The notes under the pieces were generated by a model, which did not search any database, was not told where the DNA came from, and was given only the letters and a program-made list of their open reading frames with translations. From the NCBI RefSeq assembly GCF_001194135.2, contig NC_069001.1, positions 12,163,203 through 12,196,976 of the forward strand: a stretch of 33,774 nt of DNA. Direction: 5' to 3'. Positions 11,676 to 21,990 of the stretch are shown piece by piece; the first letter of the stretch is position 1; each line of letters starts with the position of its first letter. Both the position numbers and the translations under genes were made by a program. The DNA comes from Octopus bimaculoides. Lineage: Eukaryota.

Positions 11676-11958
11676 AAAGTAATTAATGAGGGTAGAAATT
11701 GATATTAATCAATTAAAACCAGTGGTCTAGCATATTAAAAAAATCCGAAGATTAAAATTATATTACATACAAAAATAAGAGGAATGACCAGCAAGAGTGG
11801 ACTCCTATATGCTTGAAATAGATGCCGAATCATCTAACCACGAAAAAAACATATGTTCTCAGTACAAATTTAGCGACACAACAGACTGTAAAAGGGCAAG
11901 ACAAATGAAAAAATACTAAATAAAAAAAACGATTAACCTATATGTATATATATGTATA

Positions 11959-12107
11959 CGAAGAGTTCCTTCAGTTTCCATCTAGCAAATCCACTCACAG
12001 GGCTTTGGTCGCCCCGAGGCTCTCGTAAAAGATACTCACTCAAGGTACCATGCAGTGGGACTGAACTTGGAACCGTGTGGTTGAGAAATAAACTTCATAC
12101 TGTATAG
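11959..12107 (-). mobile_element. SINE family B, tRNA head + CORE-like 5' half
   Basis: TTCAGTTTCCATCTAGCAAATCCACTCACAGGGCTTTGGTC...CAAGGTACCATGCAGTGGGACTGAAC matches 20150-20293 and 21840-21990. Confidence 0.85.
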
Positions 12108-12384
12108 TTAAATTCCTTTATAAAATAAATAGAATTTCAAACTGGAGCGTAAACTATGAATTCGTAAATGTGATAAAGCCAAATTTCGGCTAATAGTATT
12201 TTTCCTTCTTTGTCTCTCCAATGTTTATCTTTTACAAAGAGTTCGAATCTTGACCATTCCGCTTTTGTTTCCAGTTTTTGTACAATTACAGTATAGTACC
12301 ATTGCTATCCCAAGTCAGAATGGACATGTAGTAAGGATTAGGGTTAGTTAATTAGTTTCTCGCTGTGTAACGTGGTTTTGTTCA

Positions 12385-12656
12385 TTAGTTAAGTGATCAG
12401 TGAATACGGTTCGCGATCGTAAGGTCGTGAGTTCGATTCCCCGCAACGCGTTCTGTCCTTGAGCAAGACACTTTATTTCACGTTGCTCCAGTCTACTCAG
12501 CTGGCAAATATAAAAAGTACTGTATTCTAAAGGTCAAACTCCCTAGGAACTACGTTACGAGTACGCGTGTCTGTGGCGTGCACATTAATTTCACGTGCAG
12601 GCTGTTCCTTTGTTCAGATCAATTAGAATTCTTGTCGTCTTAACCGACGGAATACC
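12385..12656 (+). mobile_element. SINE with a CORE-like head and the family C tail (C2)
   Basis: B box GTTCGATTCC (12431-12440), CORE-like GTCCTTGAGCAAGACACTT, then the tail CGTGTCTGTGG...TTAATTTCACGTGCAGGCTGTTCC...AACCGACGGA shared with family C. Confidence 0.8.
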
Positions 12657-13231
12657 AGTTATAAATGACTTATACTATGCTCATACGCTGACCATTGCAT
12701 TATGATTGAATGTAGGAGATTAAAGCCGCGCGCCTCCTCTAATACACGTGAAGTGTTGTTTCTTCGTAAATTTTATTTACTTATTTTAACAAAGCAAATT
12801 TACATCTGCGCAACGTAATCAAATGTTTAAGATGCTCAGTTCCGAACCAAACGGTATCACGGACAAGCATAATTTTCCATAGCGTCGGGTTGACACTTAC
12901 TATATCAGTTAGTTAAGATGGATGAATACCAAACAGAAACCCACCGGATGTCTTGCACCCATGATTCACAAACTAAAATCTTGGCATACACTGCGACACG
13001 CTGAGTCTCAAAGAGAATTGCATTAACTGTACACGTGTCTATTACACGTCAAATCAGGCGAAGGTAACTCAGCTGAGAGAAGAAGTGAAATCTGCATTGT
13101 TGTGTGACGGAGATTCCCCAGAAACAGATGCAATGCCATGGCTGTTTGTGAAATAACAGAAACATCTTACTTTTTCTCCTCCCAACACTGGCTTCTCAGT
13201 AATTCGCAGTTTGTTTTATTGTATGGATGTT

Positions 13232-13325
13232 GGAGTTCAATTACCAGCGAGTCCAACCTTGCCATTCATCCCTTAAAGTTCCATAAAACAAAGTAGCAGT
13301 AATGTACTGAGGTCGACGCAACGAT
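13232..13325 (+). mobile_element. Degraded family A SINE body fragment
   Basis: GAGTTCAATTACCAGCGAGTCCAACCTTGCCATTCATCC...GTACTGAGGTCGAC aligns by eye to the family A body. Confidence 0.55.
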
Positions 13326-13370
13326 AATGACTACTTCTACTTCTCCGCTACGTATAATTGCTGATCTCGT

Positions 13371-13693
13371 AGCACTCCGTCGGTTGCCACAACGAGGGTT
13401 CCAGTTGATCCGATCAAGGGAACAGCCTGCTCGTGAAATTAACGTGCAAGTGGCTGAGCACTCCACAGACACGTGTACATTTAACGTAGTTCTCGTGGAG
13501 ATCCAGCGTGTGACAAGTGTGGCCTTTTGAAATACAGGTACAACAGAAAGAGGAAAAAAGAGTGAGAGAAAGTTGTGGAGCTTTAGGTGTTTTCGCTCAA
13601 TAAACATTCACAACGGCCAGTCTGGGAACCGAAACCGCGATCCTACGACCTCGCGTCCTCCGCCCTAACCACTGGGTCATTGCGCCTCCACAC
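13371..13693 (-). mobile_element. tRNA-derived SINE, family C
   Basis: Long near-identical blocks with 10761-11150, e.g. GGAACAGCCTGCTCGTGAAATTAACGTGCAAGTGGCTGAGCACTCCACAGACACGTGTAC. Confidence 0.9.
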
Positions 13694-13906
13694 TGATCTC
13701 GTACATAAATAAGAAAGAATTTCATGAACAAAAATTTAGACCTAGATGGGTATTAACGAAGAGAGTCAACAAAGAATCGCCATTAACTGGCTTGTTTAGA
13801 ACTTCAAATTTTTTCTCTAGCTGAACGTTATATAAGACCAATAATGTTATCTAACAAATAATTTATTTAATAGAAGGCTGTTCATTTTTGTTAAAATTCT
13901 TCTTCT

Positions 13907-13932
13907 TAATAATAATAATAATAATAATAATA

Positions 13933-13965
<33 letters not shown>
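13907..13965. repeat. (TAA)9(TTA)n head-to-head microsatellite
   Basis: Perfect 54-bp palindrome 13907-13960, centred at 13933/13934. Confidence 0.9.
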
Positions 13966-14392
13966 GAAGTAATATCGTTCAAAGAATATATTTCAATATA
14001 TTGAATATGATTTCCAGTTTATACGATGGATGATATTTAGAGACGTAATGGGGTAAATAATGCTAAATAAAATCTCTTGACATTCGCTTATATGATTCAG
14101 TTATTCAGGTTTATCATTAGTAATAATAATAGTATTATTATTAATATCATTCTTATTTATTTCGTCTAATCAGGTTTTCTTTACTATAGAGAAATATCTA
14201 TAACTCAATTGTATACAAATGTAGGCAATCACACAAGAGATTCTTTTTCTTTTTTTCCGAAATAAGCTACCGACATTTTCCGAATATTATTTGGCAGTTA
14301 CGCCACAAGAAAATCTTCCTCTCTGAAATTCTTGCCATCCATCCTGCAAAAAAACATCTTTGGAATTATTTTCCAATTGAGTTTCATTCCTT

Positions 14393-14600
14393 CTCTTATT
14401 CGGTCATCGGACTGCGGCCATGCTGCAGTACCACATTCTAGGTTTTGTTGAATAATCCAGCACCGGTATTAATATCTAAATTTTGGTACATATTCTCTCG
14501 GATTATTTTAACGAAACGGTAAGTTCCGCGGACTTAAGTACAACACCGGTGATCAAGCGGTGGTTGGGACAAACTGAAATACAAATCACACAAGCACAAA
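14393..14600 (-). mobile_element. SINE family B, 3' half (diverged)
   Basis: CGGTCATCGGACTGCGGCCATGCTG...ACACCGGTGATCAAGCGGTGGTTGGGACAAAC. Confidence 0.75.
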
Positions 14601-14694
14601 CACGCGCGCGCAAAACAAAGCGTATACATATATGCATATACACACATGTATGTATGTGTGCATGTAAGTATGTGTGTATGTAAGTATATATGTC

Positions 14695-15018
14695 CCGGGT
14701 CGACTTTGCCTTTCATTCAGGGGTCGATAAATTAAGTACCAGTTACGCACTGGGGTCGTAATCGACTTAATCCCTTTGTCTGTCCTTGTTTGTCCCCTCT
14801 ATCGTTAGCCCCTTACGAGCAATAAAGAAATAACAAACGAAATGCTTAGCGGTATTTCATCTGTTTTTATGTTCTGAGTTCAAATTCCGCCGAGGTCGAC
14901 TTTGCTTTTCATCTTTTGGGGTCGATAAATTAAGTACCAGTTACGTACTGGGGTTGATCTAATTGACTGGACCTTTCCCCCACAAAAATTCGGGATTTGT
15001 GCCTAGAGTAGAAAACAT
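14695..15018 (+). mobile_element. Family A SINE tandem dimer (tail 1 monomer + 5'-clipped tail 2 monomer)
   Basis: Monomer 14695-14833 ends TTAATCCCTTTGTCTGTCCTTGTTTGTCCC...AATAAAGAAATA; monomer 14838-15018 starts CGAAATGCTTAGCGG and ends TTGTGCCTAGAGTAGAAAA. Confidence 0.9.
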
Positions 15019-15832
15019 TTTCATAGATACCAGAAAGGTAAGAGGAATGAAATAAAAGGCTAAGTTTGAAGCGAAAACACAAAGCGACTTATCTACTTAT
15101 AAGACTAGAATATTATTTTATCAACACAAGAATTATTGATCGTTTACTTGTTGCGGGAGGGGTTTGAAATTTAAATTAGAAAAGTCGCATAGTTTGACTA
15201 GCCACCATTTTGACCGACGCTGTAACGCTTCTAGCAAGTTCCCAGGAATAAGATCAAGTAATCTGACTAAATTGTAATTAATGTACTTTAATTAAAATTG
15301 GTATTTATGGCTCATAAATACCACTCGATCAAATGCGTTTCTCGAGCGAATCGCTCGTAATGAAACGTATTGTGTTACAAACCCACAAATTTCTCGCTGA
15401 CAAATTCATTGATGAACGGGTGTTTATGTCACATTAAATCCTATAAATATTCTGATATAATATTTCCAGAGATTAACTGGTTACCAATATACTGCAATAA
15501 GATATTGATCAGTAATAACGCAATATTGAACGATGTTGTTATGCACATTTCGAAAGTATTTATCAATCCGAGGTTACGATGGAATATATTAGCCTAAGGA
15601 ACTGCACAATGAGATCGAACATGGTCCATGCGGTTTCCCAATGAAATTGTAAACCACGATGTCCTGACTAATAATTTAGTCAACCCAGAAGTTTAGATTC
15701 CATGCTTTGAATTTCGACAAAATTAAGTGACATTTAAATACTGGGGCCCACACAATTCAAAGTTATCCGCTCACAAATGCATGGGTCTTGCACTCATGTT
15801 ACAATCCATTATTATTACTATTATCGTTTTTG

Positions 15833-16057
15833 AAAGCGGTGATGTGGCAGAATTGTTAGCACGCCGAGCGAAATGCATAACGGTATTTCGTCTGCCACAA
15901 CGTTCTGAGTTAAGATTCCACCAAGGTCGATTTTGCCTTTCATACTTTCGGCATCGATAAATCAAGTACCAGTTGCGATCTAATGAACTGGCCGATCTAA
16001 TCAACTGGCCCCCTCCCCACAAATTTCGGGCCTTGTGCCTAGCGCAGAAAAGAATAT
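15833..16057 (+). mobile_element. Family A SINE, near full length (tail 2)
   Basis: Head GTGGCAGAATTGTTAGCACGCCGAGCGAAATGC, body AAGGTCGATTTTGCCTTTCAT, tail GGCCCCCTCCCCACAAATTTCGGGCCTTGTGCCTAG. Confidence 0.9.
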
Positions 16058-16376
16058 ATCACTATTAAAACTCAAACATTATTGAAAACTTTAATAACAT
16101 AAATTTTCTGTGATCACTTGATTTATGTCGGTGTCTGGAAATGAAAGAGATGGACGAGGTATGCTGCAAAAGCTAGTATTTCTTTGCCCTTTGAAATATC
16201 TCAAGGAAATCGGTAGAAGGAGATAGGAAGCTTCTCTCTCTTGCAAAGAGCAAGAGGAATTCCATATACTCACTAAAAGCAGTTGAAAGGAGTTCTGGTC
16301 ATTTTCCATCTACTCTAGCCGGAGATATAGAATCGTGTATCTCAGCGTCGCTCGAGGCGAAACTGATTCAATGTTT

Positions 16377-16516
16377 AAGTAGTTGTATACTCTCAACTTA
16401 ATGTGATAGTCCCCTGTTGGTTAGACCTAGGAAGCTGCACCGCTTCCTGTCGGCCTTGACACATTTCCTGTGCCCAGTTCATTAAATCACATTAAGTTGA
16501 CAGTATACAACTACTT
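16377..16516. repeat. 31-bp inverted repeat (30/31 matches) with a 78-nt spacer; possible MITE or hairpin RNA
   Basis: AAGTAGTTGTATACTCTCAACTTAATGTGAT (16377-16407) versus ATCACATTAAGTTGACAGTATACAACTACTT (16486-16516). Confidence 0.9.
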
Positions 16517-18305
16517 CATCGTATCACTACTGCATAAATCTCTCTGAGAGATTTAGTAATGTATTATTTCTAGATTCATTGTTGTTTAAACGTTTAGCTA
16601 CTAACATCATATAGGGAGTCGGAACATCAGTGTCAGAGTAAGTAACAAATTTAGAAGTTGACTTTAGAATTATTATAGAGTTTGCGTGTAGGATGGGTAG
16701 TTTGTTAGTACCAAGGTTAACCGCAATGGTCCACGGGAGAAAATGTTGCTATTACATATATCGTAATCAGAACCCCTGGGAATTTTTATCCAGAAGAAGT
16801 GGAAAATCGAAGAAAGTAAACGGCGACAGAAAAAAAAAACCAGCAACAACCACAATAACAGATAAAAGACCTGCTTATACGAGATCACCACTGGCCAGAA
16901 TATAGAAGTAACAACCTGCTTCTCATAGCCAGGTGTCTATGATCACAACGTAGAGAAACCTGTTTTTCAGAAGTATATCCCTCATGTCTGGAGCCGATTT
17001 GGAGTGAATGGAATTTGAAAACTGTTGAGTAGCACTCGGCGAATAAAAGATGGAACAGAGGAAATTCCTAAGGTTGTGATTATCATTTGTGCGCTGAGAA
17101 AATACTTCATATTTTAAGAGCATGAAAATACCTTTCTAGAAATTGCAAATAAATTTGGATAGGGATCGTTGACAAATCTCAACACTAACTAAAATACTGT
17201 GACCGATTTCTGTGATATTAACTGATCGTTTAGTAAAAAGGTTCTTATGCCAATTGAAAACATTAACATACTTTAATGGAGCCCACAGCATTGTAACCGT
17301 TCAGGAGAGGCCTCTATTTCAGAAAATTTCCTCTTTGCTATCACAAATCTTGACGACTTTGAGATACATCGTAACTGTTGCTATTCCTCCTTTAACTAAG
17401 TGAATATAAAACCTATTTAGGTTTACGTCGAGAGTGACTTATCTTAGGGTGTTAGAGCGACTAGAGTTACTGTTGTTTCGGAAACATTCTGATGAGTTAC
17501 TTACTATTACAAAATAATTTCCAATCGTAACAATATAATTTATATTGACGTGTGATGCGATTCTCTTGACATAGGATGGTAAAAACTGCGTAGAGTAATT
17601 ATTATTCATCGTAGCAATTCGTATATTAAATTCTGAATTTATCTGTTAAACGAATAAATGAAAACTAGATTTAAATACTTACCTTTATCTCTATTCAAAC
17701 GTTTGAACGTATGTTTGTTTGATGTTAAAATTGTATTGATCTTTCCGTATTAAGCGCCACGCAAATTAACGAGCAGAAGTATCGCTAAGTGATATAGAAC
17801 GCTATAAACTTGATAATCGGAAAACTTTGTTACTTTCTCTATTTCATAGTTAAGTTTAACGATGAATATGAAGATAGGCTGTCTATAGATTAATTGGCTT
17901 AACATTGCATCTTTATCCGTCATTAAAAAGGCTGATTGCTATCTTAAACATCGTGTGTGTGGTGAATTCTTATCCCTCGACAGAATTAAAACTATCGCGA
18001 ATATTATAATAAGTTGTAACACAGATTTTCACGTTATGAAATCGATCAGGGTGACCTTATTACTTAAATGTGACTTATTTCATCGACTTTCGAGCTAATA
18101 ATTACACCATAGCATATTTCAGGACCGTCAAACGCCGTCGCTGGGTTTAATACCGCCACCAAGACTCCATGGAAAATATCATAAATTTCACGGGGTCTAC
18201 ACTGTTGCAAGCATTGGAGCCCTACTTCTTGTTTGAAGATATCTCCTTTCGTGTCTCTAACTAGTGTCAGAGACCTTGTAATGTGATGTGTTTACGACAC
18301 ATTAC

Positions 18306-18355
18306 AAGGTGGTGAGCTGGCAGAAACGTTAGCACACCGGGCAAAAATGCTTAGG
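18306..18355 (+). mobile_element. Family A SINE head fragment
   Basis: AAGGTGGTGAGCTGGCAGAAACGTTAGCACACCGGGCAAAAATGCTTAG. Confidence 0.8.
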
Positions 18356-18510
18356 ATTTACGATTTAAGAAATGCTTAGTTTCTATTTACGAAGTTATTT
18401 CGTGTTAAAGTTGTCGTATTTCGGTAATTTCGACCAATCAATGACGTGTATTCAACTGAATAAAATTAGGTTTCTGTAATATAGTGGCTTGACAGAAGAG
18501 ACAGTAAGGA

Positions 18511-18556
18511 TTAGGGTTTTAGGGTTAGGGTTTTAGGGCTACGGTTAGGGTCACGG
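18511..18556 (+). repeat. Interstitial telomere-like (TTAGGG) array
   Basis: TTAGGG at 18511, 18519, 18525, 18533 and 18545, plus variants CTACGG and TCACGG. Confidence 0.8.
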
Positions 18557-18634
18557 AAAAAAAATGAAAAATGAAGAATTNNNNNNNNNNNNNNNNNNNA
18601 AACGTAGAATAAAATTTGAAAAAAAACACATAAC

Positions 18635-18720
18635 TACTGGGATCGATTTCTTCAACTAAAACCAGTCTGGGTGTTGCTCCAGCAAGACCGCAGTCCAATG
18701 ACTGAAACAAGTAAAAGATA
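18635..18720 (+). mobile_element. SINE family B 3' tail
   Basis: GTTGCTCCAGCAAGACCGCAGTCCAATGACTGAAACAAGTAAAAGA is the reverse complement of the tails at 11395 and 19912. Confidence 0.8.
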
Positions 18721-19684
18721 TGAAGGGGAAACATTATCAGCTCCTGACAGGTCCTGTAGAACATTAGGTGGAAAGCGATGGCCTGCATTTTGCTGACAAT
18801 TATTTTATCAATTCGGCCCTATTAAGCTCATCCCTGGATCTTAATCAGCTTACAGTGATGTACTGGATTCAGAATATAATATGATTATACGGCGTTCAGA
18901 CACAGATAAATCAATATGTTTTAAAACCAAAAAGATACTCAATATTTCTCATAGCGATAAAGATTTCGACTTATTTTTATTTATTAGTTGGAAACATAAT
19001 TTAGAATTCAGTCTAATCCTCACTAAGCCTATTGATACGGAGGGAAAGACTTTTGATAAACGCGACAGGCTTCAAAAAATGTTCTCGTTAATTATAGAGA
19101 TGAAGTCCTTGTGAGAAGCTAAGAGTAATGTTAAGATGTTCAGGTATTTTAAACAATATAATTATCAATATTTATACGTTTTACTGAGGGGGAAAAAAAA
19201 AACGATCGTTTGTTTGTTGGTCGTTGACAGCGAGAAGTTTGTCACCATGTATATTTTATTATACGGTTGATTTTCTTCTCACCAAGTGTTTTGTAATGTT
19301 TTGTTGTGTTTGTGTGTGAATAACGTTATAACAGTACTGATCGATCAGATTTAAGATCGGAGACTTCCTAGCTGTCGTGACCACTAGATATGTTATAGGT
19401 ATTTTATAGATACATTGTTTTATTGATCATTGCATTATCTAATGTGTCTTTCCTTCGAAATTAAAAAAATCGTAGGCTGATATTGGAGAAGGATTTAGCA
19501 GCTCTAACAACGGTCTTGTAGCGACCACATTGGGTCTTATAGTTTGGATTATGGTTCACGAAACAATGCAGTTTATGTCTAGGCGTGTATATGTGTGAGA
19601 ATGTACGTTAAATACACATCAATTTTAAATAATTATTATTCCTTGATATATTTGTTTATGATCTATATATATTCCTTTCAAAGT

Positions 19685-19883
19685 TTGGCACAAATCCAGC
19701 AGTTTTGAAGGAACGTGTGTGTTGATTATTTGAACACCTGACTGATAATTAACTTAGAGCTAACCCGAGAGAATGTCAGGTTGGATCTCGGCGAAATTTG
19801 AGCCGAAAAAAAAAAACTAAAGCAGACGAAATAACGCTGAGCATTTTCTCCGACGCGGTATCGATTTTGTCCGCTCGTTGCCA
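19685..19883 (-). mobile_element. Diverged family A SINE
   Basis: TTGGCACAAATCCAGCAG...TCTCGGCGAAATTTGAGC...CAGACGAAATAACGCTGAGCATTT aligns to 761-972. Confidence 0.6.
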
Positions 19884-19911
19884 AAGATTAATCTATATAA
19901 CTTTGATATTA

Positions 19912-20293
19912 TTTCAGTAATATGATTGCGGTCATGCTGGGGAACCGCCTTGGAGGGTTTTAGTCCAACAAATCGACTTGAGTAATTATTTTTTTAAAGT
20001 CTGGTACTTATTCTATCGATCTTTTTTCACTGAACTGCTAAATAACGAAGACGTAAGCACATCAACACCGATTGTGAAACGGTAGTGCGTGTCGAGAAAA
20101 GACACAAACACAGCAACAGACAGATACACGCACATATATGCTGGTCTTCTTTTAGCTACCCTCTACCAAATCTACGCACAGGGCTTTGGTTGGTCCGAGC
20201 TATAATAGAAGAAAATTACCCAAGGTAGCACGCAGTGGGACTGAACCTGGATCCATGTGATTGGGAAACAAACTTCTTACCACGCGACTGCAC
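19912..20293 (-). mobile_element. SINE family B, near full length
   Basis: Contains the tail (TGCGGTCATGCTGGGGAACCGCC) and the head (CACGCAGTGGGACTGAACCTGGATCCATGTGATTGGGAAACAAACTTCTTACCAC) contiguously, showing that the two halves belong to one element. Confidence 0.85.
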
Positions 20294-20923
20294 CTATTAA
20301 CATTAAATCACGTATTTTTTCTCCTTGATGTTGGTTCACGCGGTTAATTGAACCTCATTAAATCATCACTAACGGTATCGTACATAGACATAAGCAATCC
20401 TAATAATCCACAAATTTGTTTTGCTTTCTTTTGTTTAGACACATAGCCTTTATAAAGAGGGAACACCAATTGGACATACAAAACATGGGGTACATGCAAA
20501 CATATAACGAATGGATTATGAATAAGTAATGAGAATGGAATGGCTTTCCTACACGCTTTAGTAGGTAGTTCCATCTTACTGTTTTTTTTTTTTTTAATAA
20601 AATAATTACATACCAGCACAATTTCATCCCAAGCATTATATCGGCATATGTTATTACTGATGGCAAATCATCGTAACGAACTCGTAATCTTGTCGCTTCT
20701 ATTCAGTCGCCAGATATATCCTCTAACCTTCCTGCTCTATCATCCTCCAACAACACCGCTTCCAAATTTCGATTTTTCTTTGTGTTAGGCAGTTTCATTC
20801 TTATTACATTTTTCATTTTAGAAATTCTTTTCTCTATTTCTACGGTTTTTATGTAAGGAACGAAAATTCTTTCGTGCTTCCCCTTCTGTAGTTCTGTCTT
20901 CTGTACCTCACAATTCTCTCTCT

Positions 20924-20957
20924 CTGCTGTACCTCACCACACACACACACACACACA

Positions 20958-21003
<46 letters not shown>

Positions 21004-21155
21004 TGTACCTCACCACACACACACACACACACTCTCTCTCTCTCTCTCTCTCTGCTGTACCTCACCACTCTCTCTCTCTTTCTCTGCTGTACCTCACCAC
21101 TCTCTCTCTCTCTCTGCTGTACCTCACCACTCTCTCTCTCTGCTGTACCTCACCA
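20924..21155. repeat. Compound minisatellite: six CTGCTGTACCTCACCA units separated by variable (AC)n/(TC)n
   Basis: Units at about 20924, 21000, 21052, 21084, 21114 and 21140, plus a partial CTGTACCTCAC at 20901. Confidence 0.9.
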
Positions 21156-21159
21156 GTCT

Positions 21160-21545
21160 CTACGTCTGTTGTTAGCATACCTCTTCTCTGCTTGTCCTTC
21201 CTTCTCACTTTCCTGTCTCTTCTTCTCCCGTCCTTCTTTACTCTTAGAAGGCACCGGTGTTTGGGTTCGTTCCTCTGTCGGTTCTTCAGTTTTTATTTCC
21301 TCATTTTTTTTCTTTTCCCCTTTGCCTTTCTTTTCTTTTCAGGTGGAGATTATACGTTACTTTTCTTTCTTTCTTTCTTTCTTTCTTTCTACCACTGTAT
21401 ATTCCTCCATTTCCTCCTCTGCAGTTGCAATCTCTTCTTCCCGACTTTCCTTCTCCGCCTGTTCGCTTTTCTTGGGACACTTTACTTTCATGTGTCCCCT
21501 TATTCCACATGCGTAGCATACCGGAGGTCTCCCCTCCACAACACG
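21160..21545 (-). pseudogene. Retroelement gag/ORF1-like fragment with a CCHC zinc knuckle and K/E-rich tail
   Basis: VVEGRPPVCYACGIRGHMKVKCPKK fits CX2CX4HX4C (codons 21518-21477), followed by EQAEKESREEEIATAEEEMEE; interrupted by an (AGAA)n tract at about 21362-21388. Confidence 0.7.
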
Positions 21546-21839
21546 CGCATATATACATATATATACTACATATACACATACATAAATAGAGCCATGCACC
21601 ATGCTGGATTGCTGAACTCTACAGGTGTTTTCATTCTCTTTCTGTTTCCTCATATCACTTTCTGTTGAAAAGCGTAGGCTTCAAACGTAAAAGATTTTTC
21701 CGCTTTTCCTGCGCATCAAACTAAAACACTTGCTTGTTGTTCCTACACTTCTTTTTGTCTTTTGCTTTCCCATAAATTTTAACTATACGGAAACACACAC
21801 ACACACACTCATATATATGTATATATATACATACAGACA

Positions 21840-21990
21840 CGATGGGCCTCTTTCAGTTTCCGTCTTACAAATTCACTCACAAGGTGTTCGTCAGCCTGAA
21901 GCTGCAGTGGAAGAGACTTGTCCAAAGTGCCACGCGGTCGGACTGAACCAAGAACCACATGGTTGGGAAATTAAATTCTTAATACGCATT
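21840..21990 (-). mobile_element. SINE family B head half
   Basis: TTTCAGTTTCCGTCTTACAAATTCACTCACAAGG...GCCACGCGGTCGGACTGAACCAAGAACCACATGGTTGGGAA. Confidence 0.8.

Noticed and set aside
15299-15357. Two short hairpins (TGGTATTTATG/CATAAATACCA and CGAGCGA/TCGCTCG)
   Set aside because: Stems of 11 and 7 bp are plausible by chance in a window this size, and no Helitron-type CTRR end follows.
20901-21155. Repeat-spacer pattern superficially like CRISPR (also 30420-30810)
   Set aside because: The spacers are microsatellites or diverged repeat units, the context is eukaryotic, and there are no cas genes.
21657-21695. Hammerhead-like spacing on + (CTTT..TTGAAAA-GC-GTAG-GC-TTCAAACGT-A-AAAG)
   Set aside because: Three substitutions in invariant core positions; unsupportable from this copy. 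Revisit only if a family consensus restores CTGANGA and GAAA.
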